DNA of 64,000 nt from a virus (IMGVR_UViG_3300031555_001469); one strand, 5' to 3'; positions 38,525-49,837 are shown, counted from the first letter of the stretch. The notes: generated by a model not told the origin, from the letters alone. Made by a program: numbers and translations.

Positions 38525-40642
38525 ATGGCAGTTAATCAAATGCAAAGAAAAGTTTATTATCACATGTCTACGACTAATAAAACTTTCTTAGAAATGCATA
38601 GATATTTACGAGATATCGGTATTAAAAACAACAAGTTCATGCTTGTATTATTAGACCCTGACTTAGCAGGAATAGACCCACATGACCCTAAGTTACCTAC
38701 CTATATGAAGCAGAAAGTTCTTCGAGAATGTATGTGTAACTATTGGTACTTCTTAAGAGAGTGTGTAAGAATTCCATCTTCTAAGCCAGGTGGTGATAAG
38801 TTTAGATTAGACCGTGCTAATATGGCTACTACTTTCTGTCAGGCTTTAAACCTTAATATATTCTTGGAAGAGCCACGACAGATGGGTAAGACTATCGGTC
38901 TTATTGTAAGATATTTATATCTGTTTAACTTTGGTACAAAGAACTCTGAAATGGCATTCTTGAATAAGAGAATGGATGACTCCAAGTTAAACTTACAACG
39001 TTTTAAGGATATCAGAGATGCATTACCTCCATACCTGCAAATGAAACAGCAGTTCAATATGGAAGGTAAAGCTATTCGATCACCTAATACAGTAGAATCC
39101 GTACAGCATCCTATCAATAACAACAGAATCAAGGTATACCCTTCTGCAAGAAATAAGGTTGCAGCTGCATCCCTGCTTCGAGGTCGTACATTACCATTGA
39201 TCTGGTTCGATGAGTACGCATTCATTCCATTTAATAATATCATTTATACTAACGGTGCTCCTGCCTTCAAGACAGCTTCCATGAATGCTAAGATGAATGG
39301 AACACCTTATGGTATTACTATTACAACAACACCTGGCTTCTTAACAGAAGATGAAGGTATTGAAGCTTATCAGCTTAAAGAGGCTGCTACCCCATTCAGT
39401 GAAATGTGGTACGATATGCCTTATAATGAGTTGATGACATTAATTGATGCTAATACGAAGTCTAACTTTATTTATATTAAGTTTACGTATCAGCAGTTAG
39501 GACGAGATGAATCTTGGTTCCGTGACATCTGTAGAGATTTACGTATGCAATGGACAGACATCCGTCGAGAAGTATTACTTGAGTGGTCTAACTCTGTTGA
39601 AAATTCTCCGTTTAGACCAGAAGATCTTGAAATTATTTCTCAGCTTGTTAAGAAACCTATCAGACAGGTATTATTCTTAGGCAAGTACTTATTTAATATC
39701 TACGAAGAAGTTAATTTGAAATATCCACCTATTATCGGTGTCGACGTTTCTGGTGGCTTTAATCGAGACTCATCTGCAGTTACTTGTGTAGACTCTAGGA
39801 CTACAAGAGTATTCGCAGACTTTAACTGTAACTATATTCCTACTCACGATTTAGCTCAATTGATTTATGAATTGGTATCGAAATATATGCCGAATGCAGT
39901 AGTCAATGTCGAGCGAAACGGTGGTTATGGTGCATCTGTTTTAGGTAAACTTGTTGGTTCTCCAATTAAGAAGAATCTTTATTATGAAATTAAAGATAAA
40001 GTCTTAGAGGAACGACAGCAAGGTACTAAGATTATTAAGAAAACACAACCTACTAAGGTATACGGATTAGACTCTACTAAGTCAGTCAGAGAATTGCTTA
40101 TCCAGATTCTTAGAGAACGTGTTGAATATCATAAAGATAAATTCGTATCCGAAACTATATACCATGAATTAATGGGTATGGAAGTTAAGAGAAATGGTAG
40201 GGTAGACCACTCAGCTAATACTCACGATGACCAGACATTCTCTATGCTTATGGCTCTTTATGTATGGTATGAAGGTAAGGATCTTATGTCTAGATTCGGA
40301 ATCCAAAAGGATACTATCAGAACGGATGAAGACATCGATGAAGTAATCTTAGGTGGTTTTGAAGAAAGATATGGAGATATCTTAGAAGAAATTGAAAATA
40401 TAGAATCTGGTTCTGAGATTAATGAACAGCTGAAAGAAATGCATAAAGCAGCTGGTACATTATTTGAAGACTGGATGAGATCAGAATGGGCTAAGGACCA
40501 GGCTGCATATCAGGAATTGATGAATAATAAAGTTGCTAGACAGGCTATGGCTGAAGCTAAAGGTATTCCAGCAGATAGTTTAGCAGAATCACCATTCTAT
40601 CAATTACCTGATAATATTTATACAAATTTCTATAGTGAATAA
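38525..40642 (+). CDS. terL: Terminase large subunit
   Basis: PRQMGKT Walker A, WFDEYAF Walker B, ITTTPG, IIGVDVSGG, HDD nuclease motifs. Confidence 0.9.
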   Translation: MAVNQMQRKVYYHMSTTNKTFLEMHRYLRDIGIKNNKFMLVLLDPDLAGIDPHDPKLPTYMKQKVLRECMCNYWYFLRECVRIPSSKPGGDKFRLDRANMATTFCQALNLNIFLEEPRQMGKTIGLIVRYLYLFNFGTKNSEMAFLNKRMDDSKLNLQRFKDIRDALPPYLQMKQQFNMEGKAIRSPNTVESVQHPINNNRIKVYPSARNKVAAASLLRGRTLPLIWFDEYAFIPFNNIIYTNGAPAFKTASMNAKMNGTPYGITITTTPGFLTEDEGIEAYQLKEAATPFSEMWYDMPYNELMTLIDANTKSNFIYIKFTYQQLGRDESWFRDICRDLRMQWTDIRREVLLEWSNSVENSPFRPEDLEIISQLVKKPIRQVLFLGKYLFNIYEEVNLKYPPIIGVDVSGGFNRDSSAVTCVDSRTTRVFADFNCNYIPTHDLAQLIYELVSKYMPNAVVNVERNGGYGASVLGKLVGSPIKKNLYYEIKDKVLEERQQGTKIIKKTQPTKVYGLDSTKSVRELLIQILRERVEYHKDKFVSETIYHELMGMEVKRNGRVDHSANTHDDQTFSMLMALYVWYEGKDLMSRFGIQKDTIRTDEDIDEVILGGFEERYGDILEEIENIESGSEINEQLKEMHKAAGTLFEDWMRSEWAKDQAAYQELMNNKVARQAMAEAKGIPADSLAESPFYQLPDNIYTNFYSE

Positions 40643-40747
40643 AATAATTGAGGGAGGTCTTAATTGACCTTCCTCGATTTAATCGGCTGTACATCTTTAA
40701 CCATTTATAGACATTGTAGTAATTATACCGAATAGGAGGTTAAAGAT

Positions 40748-41503
40748 ATGAGTGTAGCTCAAAATAATCATATTTTTAATATAGTATCTGAAAACCAGAT
40801 TGCTACTATTTTAAGTCATTTTAATAGTGACTATATTATGAGCTCAATAATTGAGAAAATAAATTCAAGAAATTTTTATTCTATGAATAACCCTAATGTA
40901 GTTTATTCATATGAATTGAATTTCCAGCAGATTAAATATTATTATCCTACGGATGTACAAAATATTGACTCTGTGAGAATGCAAACATTTCAGGAAATAA
41001 TTGACATTTTATGCTCGCATCATGGTCTTGCATTTAACGAAGATATGCAGATTGATTATTATAGTGCAGCATACTATATGTATGATTTCTTAGTTGCGAA
41101 TTTCTTCCCACATATTATAAGTTTCTTTGTTAAATACTTAGTGGCGGAGAAAACACGACTATACGAATATATAATTTCTAGAGGAACTGATAGAGATATG
41201 GGATACTCTAGGAAAATATATAAAGATAATAAGATTGCTACAATTAGTAGTAACTTAGATATCGCTTTAGACTATATCAAAGGATTAGATATTCCTTTGA
41301 ATGTCATTATTAGTTCTTTATACCCAGCTGAGATTGCTAGTTTCTTAAATCAGATTATAGCACCAGTTGGTGATTTTTATAAAGATATATATGTGGCAAC
41401 TTTTAACAATCCACTTATGATGCCTGAAATTATAACTGGTATTAGGTTAGAGTTACAGGCTAAGTATGGAATGGAAATGTTACCACCTATACAGAATAAT
41501 TAA
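40748..41503 (+). CDS. Hypothetical protein
   Basis: 251-aa ORF with AGGAGGT SD. Confidence 0.65.
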   Translation: MSVAQNNHIFNIVSENQIATILSHFNSDYIMSSIIEKINSRNFYSMNNPNVVYSYELNFQQIKYYYPTDVQNIDSVRMQTFQEIIDILCSHHGLAFNEDMQIDYYSAAYYMYDFLVANFFPHIISFFVKYLVAEKTRLYEYIISRGTDRDMGYSRKIYKDNKIATISSNLDIALDYIKGLDIPLNVIISSLYPAEIASFLNQIIAPVGDFYKDIYVATFNNPLMMPEIITGIRLELQAKYGMEMLPPIQNN

Positions 41504-41523
41504 TTAAATGGAGGATTCAGAAC

Positions 41524-42666
41524 ATGAGTACATTAAATGAAGAAGATTTAAAGAATGTAACAGAAAAGCTTAACATCGAAGGTGTTACGCCTGTAGAGGT
41601 TAATGCTAAGGATGCTGTACCTGAAAGACTTGAGGGTACTTTAACAGAAAAGCAGCTTGATAAAATTGTAGAAACTTTAGAAGCTAATAGAGAGCAGTTA
41701 CCAGAAGCTGGTGTTATTGAAACAGCTACTGGGGAAATTTTAGAAGAAGATACTCTTTTAATGAGTTCTGATTCTGAGACAGGTGTTCTTTCTTTTGTAC
41801 CAACTGCTGAAGATACAGAGAAAGCGACAGAAACTTTTAAGGATGCATTCGGTGCAACCGATGAAGATATGCTCGAATTACTTAATGTAATTCGTAGACA
41901 TAAAGCTGGTGAAAAGTTTAGTATTTATAATGCTTTACCTGAGTGCTTTAAGAAGGCAGTTAAAGTTGTCGTTCATAGTCAGGGTGGAGATAGAAGACAT
42001 TATAATACAGTAGCTAGAGAGTTTATCGTAGAACAGTTTATTCAGAATGAGGAAATGAATAATGCTTTCGATTCTTTCAATAGAGAATTAGAAGGTATTT
42101 ATGATGAGATTCCTACTATGTCTGATATGTATGCTGATACTCTTTTTGAAGCTATGACAACAGAGCTTGAAAAGAAAGCTGAATTAGTTAAGGATTCTAA
42201 TCCTGAAGCAGCTGAGAAGCTCTTAAAGATCCGTGATACATTTGCAGATACTTATGAGTTCAAATCTATTAAGGAATTCATTGCATCTAGAAAGTACTGC
42301 GGTAGAGTAGTAAAGACTCGTAAAAAGAATAAGTTTGCTGATGAAATGAAAGATTTTAATTTCTTAATTTCTAAGAGTGATTTATTCAAGTGGCCTGATG
42401 TAACAGGTATCAAGGATATCTTGCTTAGAAAGCTTGGTACTGATTATGAGATTCAGATTGAAGTATTCTTACTTAATCTGTATTACTCTAGATTAGGCAT
42501 TGATCTTAGTGATGTATATGAAGCAGAGTATACATATTATATTCTGAGAAATATTGTAGCATTAGATTTTGCTGAAGGTAACTCTAACTTCAACAAAACA
42601 CTGGTAGAGAATCTTGAAGGTTTAATGAAGTTTATCATTGATGAATTTTCTACAGAAGAAGCTTAA
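41524..42666 (+). CDS. Hypothetical acidic protein
   Basis: 380-aa ORF with GGAGG SD. Confidence 0.65.
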   Translation: MSTLNEEDLKNVTEKLNIEGVTPVEVNAKDAVPERLEGTLTEKQLDKIVETLEANREQLPEAGVIETATGEILEEDTLLMSSDSETGVLSFVPTAEDTEKATETFKDAFGATDEDMLELLNVIRRHKAGEKFSIYNALPECFKKAVKVVVHSQGGDRRHYNTVAREFIVEQFIQNEEMNNAFDSFNRELEGIYDEIPTMSDMYADTLFEAMTTELEKKAELVKDSNPEAAEKLLKIRDTFADTYEFKSIKEFIASRKYCGRVVKTRKKNKFADEMKDFNFLISKSDLFKWPDVTGIKDILLRKLGTDYEIQIEVFLLNLYYSRLGIDLSDVYEAEYTYYILRNIVALDFAEGNSNFNKTLVENLEGLMKFIIDEFSTEEA

Positions 42667-42740
42667 AAACAATCCCCCATTGCCGTGTATAGGCAATGGG
42701 GAACATTTTATTAAAATATATGAAAAAGGAGGCTAATATT

Positions 42741-45700
42741 ATGGGTGAATTAGTCAGCATTTCTGCTAAATCTGCAGAGCAAGTTACATTATGTTTATCA
42801 TCAGCAGATATTGGTAGGAAATATATTACTTTAATTGAAGGAAATACCTATAAAGTAAAATATATATATTCAGGAGAAGATAGAGAATTTATAGGTAGAC
42901 TTGTTGATGTAGTTGAAATCCCAGGACAAAAATTTATTTTATCTCGTACTGGTAAAACTTACAATTTATTATTTGACCCTGTAGATGATGGTACAGATAG
43001 TGTACGTGTATGGGTTACAACAATTGAACTCAGATATATTGAGTTATATGCTGAGAAAAAAGAAGAACCTGTCATTTCAGAAGAAATGATTAAGGATGCA
43101 ATTAATGAATATTTTGAAGAAAATCCTATTGAAAATGGAATAATACCTGAATTTAAAATAGGCACTATAGAAACATTAGAAGCTGGTTCTAATGCTACTG
43201 TTTCTATTACTGGTAATAATAGTAGTCCAATATTGAACTTTGGTATACCTAAGGGTGATACTGGCGAAGATGGAGCCGTCGGTCCAGCAGGTAAAGACGG
43301 TGTAGATGGAAAAGACGGAGCTACCGGCCCAGCAGGTAAAGATGGTGTAGATGGAAAAGACGGAGCTACCGGCCCAGCAGGTAAAGATGGTGCTGATGGA
43401 AAAGACGGAGCTACCGGCCCAGCAGGTAAAGATGGTGCTGATGGTAAGGATGGAGCAGCCGGAAAATCCGCATATCAAATTGCAGTAGCTAATGGATTCG
43501 ATGGTACTGAAGAACAGTGGCTCGAATCTTTAAAAGGAGAAAATGGAGAAGATGGTATTACCCCACAAATTAAAATAGGTACAGTAGAAACATTAGAAGC
43601 TGGTTCTAATGCTACTGTTACTATAACAGGTACAGCAGCTAACCCAGTTTTGAATATTGGAATCCCTAGAGGTGCCGATGGAGCAGCTGGAGAAGGAACT
43701 GCTACTTTACCTAATTTTACTATAGGTACTGTAGAAACTTTAGAATCAGGATCTGATGCTACAGTCGCAATTACCGGTACAGCGGAAAATCCTGTGTTAA
43801 ATCTTGGTATCCCTAAAGGTGCTACTGGTCCAGCGGGTAAAGATGGTAAGGATGGAGCTGCAGGTGCTGATGGTAAAGATGGAGCTACTGGTCCAGCGGG
43901 TAAAGATGGTGCTGATGGTAAGGACGGTGTGACTCCTACATTCACTATAGGTACTGTTACTACATTAAGTGCTGGATCTGAAGCTACTGCTACAATAACA
44001 GGTACGGTAGAGAATCCAGTGTTAAATCTTGGTATTCCTAAAGGTGCAACTGGATCTTCTGGAGAGTCTTCGGGTGAATCTTCTGGTACAGTACCAGAAG
44101 GAGTTACTTATGTAGATCTCGATGATTCTGAAGATATTGGTGAAGTTGAAGAAGGAGTCGATGCTGATAGATTAGGTGGTAGATTACCAAGCTACTATAT
44201 CAATATTGATAATTATCAGAAGTATTTAGATACCAATATAGGAGCCGATTTCTTAACTTCTGAAGGTCATGGTAATTTAAGATTCTTAGATGGTGTATTC
44301 CAATATTTTAATCAGGAAACTTCTGAGTGGGTAGATGCTGTGATTACCCCTCAGAATGTTTATGTAATGAATATGATACCTCAAACTATGAAGAGTATTA
44401 GTGCAATATATGATATTAAATTAGGTAGGAATAAATTAAAATGGGAAGAGCCGGCTGATACTATAATAGAAAATCAAGCAGCGTGCCTTGTAGAAAAGGT
44501 TATTATTAGACGTAAACTAGGTGAAGCCCCTAGTAATGAAACTGATGGTGAACTAGTTATTGAAGTTAGACGAAATCAGTTTGGTTTATATAAAGATGCT
44601 TATTATGTAGATGATGCTATTACTCCTAGCACTGGAGAAATATGGTATTATAAAGCGTTTCCGATGAGTACCACGGAGTTATATAGTTATTCTACTTTAA
44701 ATGAAACTAGTGCTTTATGTAAAGATTATTATGAATTCGGATTTAGAATCGATCAAACTGAATCTGATCCTGCTAGTATGATTACTTATGTAGGTGATAA
44801 TGAGAAATATCAATCTGCATATATGGATTATACAGCAGATACTTTTAATTATGGTGATTGGACAGTTGATAGCGGTGCTTGGTTTATGAATGTTAGACCA
44901 TGTATGCTTAATTATGATGGAACCGTGGCATATTATCTTGATCCAAATAATTACACATTAAAAGAAGATGGAACAGCTTCTGATATAGCTAACTCTGAGT
45001 TTGCTGGAAATGCTATGGTAGAGATACCTAAAGTATACTATAAGTGTGTAAATATATCCGATGATGTAGCAGAGTATTATTTTAGCAGCAGAAAACTTGA
45101 TGATGATTATCATTGCTGGAGCCACATAGATGCTAATGGTAATGAAATTGATTATTGTTATATGCCTTGTTATAATGGGGCTAATGTCAATAGTATATTG
45201 AGAAGTATTAGTGGGTTAACCCCTCTCCATACAAAAGCATTTGATGTACATGTACAATATGCTTTAGCTAATAATCTTGAAGGAAGTAATATATGGCAAA
45301 CAGAGGTATTTTCGGATAGAATGTTGATAAATCTACTAATAATGCTTATTGGTAAATCTACAGACGTTCAAACTGTATTTGGAAATGGATATATTAGTGG
45401 AGATTCGTCTAATACTTCTTCTAGAATGAATAATGGTACAATGGACGATAAAGGCTTATTCTGGGGGAGCAGTGATAAATCAAAACTTGGCGTTAAAGTT
45501 TTTGGTATGGAAAACTGGTGGGGTAATCAGAATAAATATATTAGCGGATATGTAGTCTCCTCTAATGCTCATTTAATAAAATTGACATATGGGCAGTATG
45601 ATGGATCTACATGTGATGGTTATAACTCTACAGGTGATGGATATATTACAATTAATGATACAATTGCATCAATAGGGACTAATGGCGCTTATGTAACTAA

Positions 45701-45932
45701 ATTAAATTTTAAAAATTATGGATATACTGTTAAAGAAGCTAGTGGCGGTAGTGCAACAACATATTATCCAGATATGGTATATACTAATTCATCTGGAGTT
45801 TGTGTAATGGGTGGATATGCAGCATCAGGTTATAAAGCTGGAATATTCTCTATGTATCCAGGACGAGCAACTAGTGCTAAATGGAATGATGGTTGTTCAA
45901 TATCTTGTAAACCACTTGCTGTAGTAGAATAG
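42741..45932 (+). CDS. Collagen-like tail fibre with C-terminal Mtd/C-type-lectin-like receptor-binding domain
   Basis: GxY repeats, GKSAYQIAV motif, four IGT...LN.GIP[KR]G repeats, FGMENWWGN...SCKP end. Confidence 0.75.
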   Translation: MGELVSISAKSAEQVTLCLSSADIGRKYITLIEGNTYKVKYIYSGEDREFIGRLVDVVEIPGQKFILSRTGKTYNLLFDPVDDGTDSVRVWVTTIELRYIELYAEKKEEPVISEEMIKDAINEYFEENPIENGIIPEFKIGTIETLEAGSNATVSITGNNSSPILNFGIPKGDTGEDGAVGPAGKDGVDGKDGATGPAGKDGVDGKDGATGPAGKDGADGKDGATGPAGKDGADGKDGAAGKSAYQIAVANGFDGTEEQWLESLKGENGEDGITPQIKIGTVETLEAGSNATVTITGTAANPVLNIGIPRGADGAAGEGTATLPNFTIGTVETLESGSDATVAITGTAENPVLNLGIPKGATGPAGKDGKDGAAGADGKDGATGPAGKDGADGKDGVTPTFTIGTVTTLSAGSEATATITGTVENPVLNLGIPKGATGSSGESSGESSGTVPEGVTYVDLDDSEDIGEVEEGVDADRLGGRLPSYYINIDNYQKYLDTNIGADFLTSEGHGNLRFLDGVFQYFNQETSEWVDAVITPQNVYVMNMIPQTMKSISAIYDIKLGRNKLKWEEPADTIIENQAACLVEKVIIRRKLGEAPSNETDGELVIEVRRNQFGLYKDAYYVDDAITPSTGEIWYYKAFPMSTTELYSYSTLNETSALCKDYYEFGFRIDQTESDPASMITYVGDNEKYQSAYMDYTADTFNYGDWTVDSGAWFMNVRPCMLNYDGTVAYYLDPNNYTLKEDGTASDIANSEFAGNAMVEIPKVYYKCVNISDDVAEYYFSSRKLDDDYHCWSHIDANGNEIDYCYMPCYNGANVNSILRSISGLTPLHTKAFDVHVQYALANNLEGSNIWQTEVFSDRMLINLLIMLIGKSTDVQTVFGNGYISGDSSNTSSRMNNGTMDDKGLFWGSSDKSKLGVKVFGMENWWGNQNKYISGYVVSSNAHLIKLTYGQYDGSTCDGYNSTGDGYITINDTIASIGTNGAYVTKLNFKNYGYTVKEASGGSATTYYPDMVYTNSSGVCVMGGYAASGYKAGIFSMYPGRATSAKWNDGCSISCKPLAVVE
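43281..43460 (+). repeat. Four tandem 45-nt collagen repeats (GPAGKDG[VA]DGKDGAT)
   Basis: GGCCCAGCAGGTAAAGATGGTG(T/C)..GATGGAAAAGACGGAGCTACC repeated. Confidence 0.85.
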
Positions 45933-45948
45933 AAAGGAGGACTAGTTT

Positions 45949-47769
45949 ATGCAAGCTAAAATTGATAATCTTAAATTAGATATAAATGGAGAAGAGTATA
46001 TACTCTATCCTAAATCATTAACACGAGCTATTAAAGACGATAATGGTAATAGACTTGATAATATATTAGCAGACATCCAAAGTCAGTTAGGTCATGATAT
46101 AGATGCTCACTTTGTAACAGAAACTGGCTTCGGGGATTTAAGATTTTATAATGGAAAATTTCAATATTATGATGAAACTTTAGAGACCTGGGTTGATACA
46201 ACTGTTGGTCCTGAGAATGCTTATATTGTGAATATGATTCCTAATGCTATGAATTATATTAAGGCAATATATGATATTAAATTGGGTTATAATAAACTTA
46301 AATGGGAAGAACCGAATGATACCATATATGATGGTCAAGCATTCTGTATAGTAGATAAAGTAATTATTAGAAGGAAGCTTGGTTCTGTTCCAGAGAATGA
46401 AGAGGATGGAGATTTATTAATGGAAATTCCTCGTAGATTATTTGGTCAATATAAAGATACTTATTATATAGACTATGATGCAACCCCAGTAGAAGGAGAT
46501 ATATACTATTATAAAGCCTTCCCTCAAAGTACGCTTGGATTCTATAATACTGCTACTATCAATGAAACCTCTGCAGGATATAGAGAATATGATTTATTCG
46601 GATTTAGAATCGATCAAACTGAATCTGATCCTGATAGTATGATTACTTATATTGAAGATAACGAGAATTACCAATCTGCTTATATGGATTATTCTTCAGA
46701 TACTTTTAATTATGGTGACTGGAAAGATGCTTGGTTTATGAATGTAAGGCCATGTATGCTTAATTATGATGGAACCGTGGCATATTATCTTGATCCTAAT
46801 GATTATACTTTAAAGGAAGATGGAACAGCTTCTGATATATCTAATGCAAATTTTGCTGGTAATGCTATGGTAGAAATACCTAAAGTATACTATAAGTGTG
46901 TAAATATATCCGATGATGTAGCAGAGTATTATTTTTGTAATAAAAAAGTAGATGATGATTATCATTGCTGGAGTCATATAGATAATAACGGTAATGAAAT
47001 TGATTATTGCTATATGCCTTGTTATAATGGAGCTAATATTGATGGAGTATTAAGAAGTATATCAGGTCAGGCGACATATTCACTTTCAATATCTAATGGT
47101 TTCCTATATGCTCAAAACAATAATAAAACTGATGATGCTATTTGGAGTTCGGAGACCTTTTCGGATAAGCAGTTGATTAGATTATTAATACTACTTATAA
47201 GTAAATCAACTGATTCTCAAACGGTGTTCGGAAAAGGATATACACCAGGTTCGAGAGTTACAATCACAGCAGGTACAATGAATACAAAAGGATTATTCTG
47301 GGGATCTGATACAGGATCATATGGAGTAAAAATATTTGGTATGGAAAACTGGTGGGGTAATGCATATAGAGGTACTTGTGGTTGGGTTAATGATAATGGT
47401 AAGCAGAAAATAAAACTTACCTATGGACAATCTGATGGTTCTACTGTTGATGGATATAATACCACTGGCGAAGGTTATATAGAATTAGAAGATTGTACCG
47501 CAAGCGGAACTTCTGGGGGTTATATTAATAAAATGAAATTTACAGAATATGGATTAATTTCTATAGCTTCTGGAGGGAGTGCAAGCACATATTATTGTGA
47601 TGGATTATATTATAATAATAGCTCTTTTAGTTTCGCAATGACTGGTGGAGATGCTTATACCCCAGCTTCATGCGGAATTTTGATGACACATATAGCAACA
47701 GCAATTACGGCGACAGGATGGGATTTAAATACAGCACTTTCCTGTAAGCCTTTAGCATCAACAATATAA
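45949..47769 (+). CDS. Receptor-binding protein paralogous to the C-terminal ~570 aa of 42741..45932
   Basis: Near-identical blocks FGFRIDQTESDP, WFMNVRPCMLNYDGTVAYYLDPN, GMENWWGN. Confidence 0.75.
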   Translation: MQAKIDNLKLDINGEEYILYPKSLTRAIKDDNGNRLDNILADIQSQLGHDIDAHFVTETGFGDLRFYNGKFQYYDETLETWVDTTVGPENAYIVNMIPNAMNYIKAIYDIKLGYNKLKWEEPNDTIYDGQAFCIVDKVIIRRKLGSVPENEEDGDLLMEIPRRLFGQYKDTYYIDYDATPVEGDIYYYKAFPQSTLGFYNTATINETSAGYREYDLFGFRIDQTESDPDSMITYIEDNENYQSAYMDYSSDTFNYGDWKDAWFMNVRPCMLNYDGTVAYYLDPNDYTLKEDGTASDISNANFAGNAMVEIPKVYYKCVNISDDVAEYYFCNKKVDDDYHCWSHIDNNGNEIDYCYMPCYNGANIDGVLRSISGQATYSLSISNGFLYAQNNNKTDDAIWSSETFSDKQLIRLLILLISKSTDSQTVFGKGYTPGSRVTITAGTMNTKGLFWGSDTGSYGVKIFGMENWWGNAYRGTCGWVNDNGKQKIKLTYGQSDGSTVDGYNTTGEGYIELEDCTASGTSGGYINKMKFTEYGLISIASGGSASTYYCDGLYYNNSSFSFAMTGGDAYTPASCGILMTHIATAITATGWDLNTALSCKPLASTI

Positions 47770-47788
47770 ATAAAAGGAGGAATTTATT

Positions 47789-48175
47789 ATGACACTAAAT
47801 TATATTAAATCGCAATCTTCTGTAAGTCCAGAAATAGTTGATACAGTATCTTCTAAGAAAGTAGTATATATTAGAAGAAATATTACAGAAATAACAAAAA
47901 CCGACGAAGAATCTGGAGAAGAATATACTTATTATGAGTATGAAGAAGCAAAACTTACAAAACCTGAGTATAATAAGTATCTAAAGGAATTTGAAGTTAT
48001 TGCAATAATGCAGCATGGAGTAGAACTTGAGCAGGCAAAAGAAACAATTGCTAAGCTGCAAGAACAGATTGCTGTTACAGAAATGACTATGATCGAAAAT
48101 TATGAAGCTCAGGAAGAAATTAATGCAGCTACTGAAAATGCGTTAATTGAACTATATGAATCAATGGAGGTATAA
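47789..48175 (+). CDS. Tail-fibre associated small protein (XkdW-like, tentative)
   Basis: VYIRRNI...YEYEE then coiled coil; follows fibre genes. Confidence 0.45.
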   Translation: MTLNYIKSQSSVSPEIVDTVSSKKVVYIRRNITEITKTDEESGEEYTYYEYEEAKLTKPEYNKYLKEFEVIAIMQHGVELEQAKETIAKLQEQIAVTEMTMIENYEAQEEINAATENALIELYESMEV

Positions 48176-48179
48176 TGAT

Positions 48180-48365
48180 ATGGCACGTATATACGCAAAT
48201 AGAATTTGGGCTGGTGATTATGATTACAACTCAACCAAGACAGCTTATTTAAAATTAAAAAGTAAGGTTACAGCGGTTATGCGTCAGGATGTAGCTGATA
48301 AAGAACATACTGCTGAAGAGTTCAAAAAAATCACTGGTTTAGATTATGAAGAAGTAACCGAATAA
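48180..48365 (+). CDS. XkdX-like small protein
   Basis: GGAGG SD before ATG 48180; C-terminal TAEEFKKITGLDY. Confidence 0.5.
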   Translation: MARIYANRIWAGDYDYNSTKTAYLKLKSKVTAVMRQDVADKEHTAEEFKKITGLDYEEVTE

Positions 48366-48446
48366 TCAATTATAAGATATGATCCCCGTTACCATAAAAG
48401 GTAACGGGGGAACATTTTATTAATTAAAGAAAAGGAGGTTAATACC

Positions 48447-49001
48447 ATGAGTACATTAACTAAAATTTATACTAAACCTATAGTAAAAATTGAAATGGGT
48501 TTGACTTTTGAACTTGATGAAGAAAAAGTAGTTATTCTCGAAGAAGGATTATTGTATAGAGTACAGTATGTAGCACCTAATAATTCTGGAGATTCTACAA
48601 ATGTTTTAAAGGAAATAGTAGGCAGAATATCTAAGATAGATAAGGTACCTGCTAGAGGAAACTTCAATCCATTCTATAACGGTGATATCTATAATATCAC
48701 TTTTGATTGCTCTGTAGAATTTTTCTCAACTCAAATTATAGTACCTACAACACAGATAAGAGATATCGATCTCTATATAATTTCTAGTGAGGAGGAAGAA
48801 GATAATGGAGAAGGAAATTCTGGCACTGATGGCGAAATTTCTGGGGATGCAGGCAACACAGAGGAGAATATTACCCCAGGCATTAACGGAGATGAAACAG
48901 GAACAGGGCCAGAATCTGGTAATGGAGAATCTGAAGAAACTGATGGAACTACAGGAGAAGGAGACGGAGGTTCTGAGGGAGATGATGTCCCTACTGAATA
49001 A
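48447..49001 (+). CDS. Putative virion protein sharing an N-terminal domain with the collagen fibre; acidic Gly-rich tail
   Basis: LEEGLLYRVQY...GRI...YNITFD...QIRDIDLY versus LIEGNTYKVKY...GRL...YNLLFD...ELRYIELY. Confidence 0.5.
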   Translation: MSTLTKIYTKPIVKIEMGLTFELDEEKVVILEEGLLYRVQYVAPNNSGDSTNVLKEIVGRISKIDKVPARGNFNPFYNGDIYNITFDCSVEFFSTQIIVPTTQIRDIDLYIISSEEEEDNGEGNSGTDGEISGDAGNTEENITPGINGDETGTGPESGNGESEETDGTTGEGDGGSEGDDVPTE

Positions 49002-49040
49002 TTCCGAAGAAACTTCTGTAGAGTAAAGGAGGTTTTATAA

Positions 49041-49775
49041 ATGGCAATCCCATATTTTTTAAAACAAGATGGAGATGCTTTATTATTTAATCAGGATAAA
49101 GGATACTTACAATTCTTTGTACCTGAAAAGTTTTTCGAAACTAAAAAAGCTATCGTGGTAGGTGAATATGTAAATCTCATTGGTATATTAGACTATACTA
49201 TTTATGATGGTGATGGAAAGAATAATGGATTAAAACCATTTAGATTTCCTACTATCTTTTTAGCTAAGCCAGGTGAGATTGAAAAAGTAAGAGATATTCA
49301 GCTTACTAAATATACAGATAGGCAGGATTACAGATTATTAAAATTCTTTAAAGGTGATGCTGTTGTGGTATCTACTAAGGTTCCTAAGGGTGTAAGCAAC
49401 GTAGAGGAATTCTTTAGAATTATTACAGGTGGTACTTTACCTAGAATCAGATATGATGTAATTCATGAATACTTTAGTGAAAATGCAGAATTAAATGGCT
49501 TTAAATATGGTGTATCTTCTCAGATGCTTGGTATCATTGTATCTGAATTATGTAGAGACCCTAACGATTTATCTAAACCATTTAGATTAGCTAAGATTGA
49601 AGATATGACTGGATATAAAACAATCAATATCGAACAGATTCCGTATTATATTTCACCATATACTTCTATTACAAATATTAACTGGGATAAGGCTGTAGTG
49701 AACGCTTGTTTATTGCCTGATGGTAAAGAGTCGCCTCTTGAGAAGGTGCTTACCGAGTCAGTTAGTTTAACATAA
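49041..49775 (+). CDS. Hypothetical protein upstream of tail sheath
   Basis: 244-aa ORF, AAGGAGGT SD. Confidence 0.55.
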   Translation: MAIPYFLKQDGDALLFNQDKGYLQFFVPEKFFETKKAIVVGEYVNLIGILDYTIYDGDGKNNGLKPFRFPTIFLAKPGEIEKVRDIQLTKYTDRQDYRLLKFFKGDAVVVSTKVPKGVSNVEEFFRIITGGTLPRIRYDVIHEYFSENAELNGFKYGVSSQMLGIIVSELCRDPNDLSKPFRLAKIEDMTGYKTINIEQIPYYISPYTSITNINWDKAVVNACLLPDGKESPLEKVLTESVSLT

Positions 49776-49837
49776 TGATAAAAGTCTATTAGAATAGGCT
49801 ATATAAGCAAAATAAATTTAAAAAGGAGGAAACTAAT

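Noticed and set aside
43176-43945. Minus-strand ORFs over the collagen region and 4595..5071 over the acidic protein
   Set aside because: Antisense or alternative-frame artefacts of low-complexity coding sequence.
45700-47769. Possible diversity-generating retroelement acting on the Mtd-like fibre tips
   Set aside because: The two 3' ends differ at all base types with indels, not only at adenines; no template repeat or reverse transcriptase is seen in this window (one could lie elsewhere).
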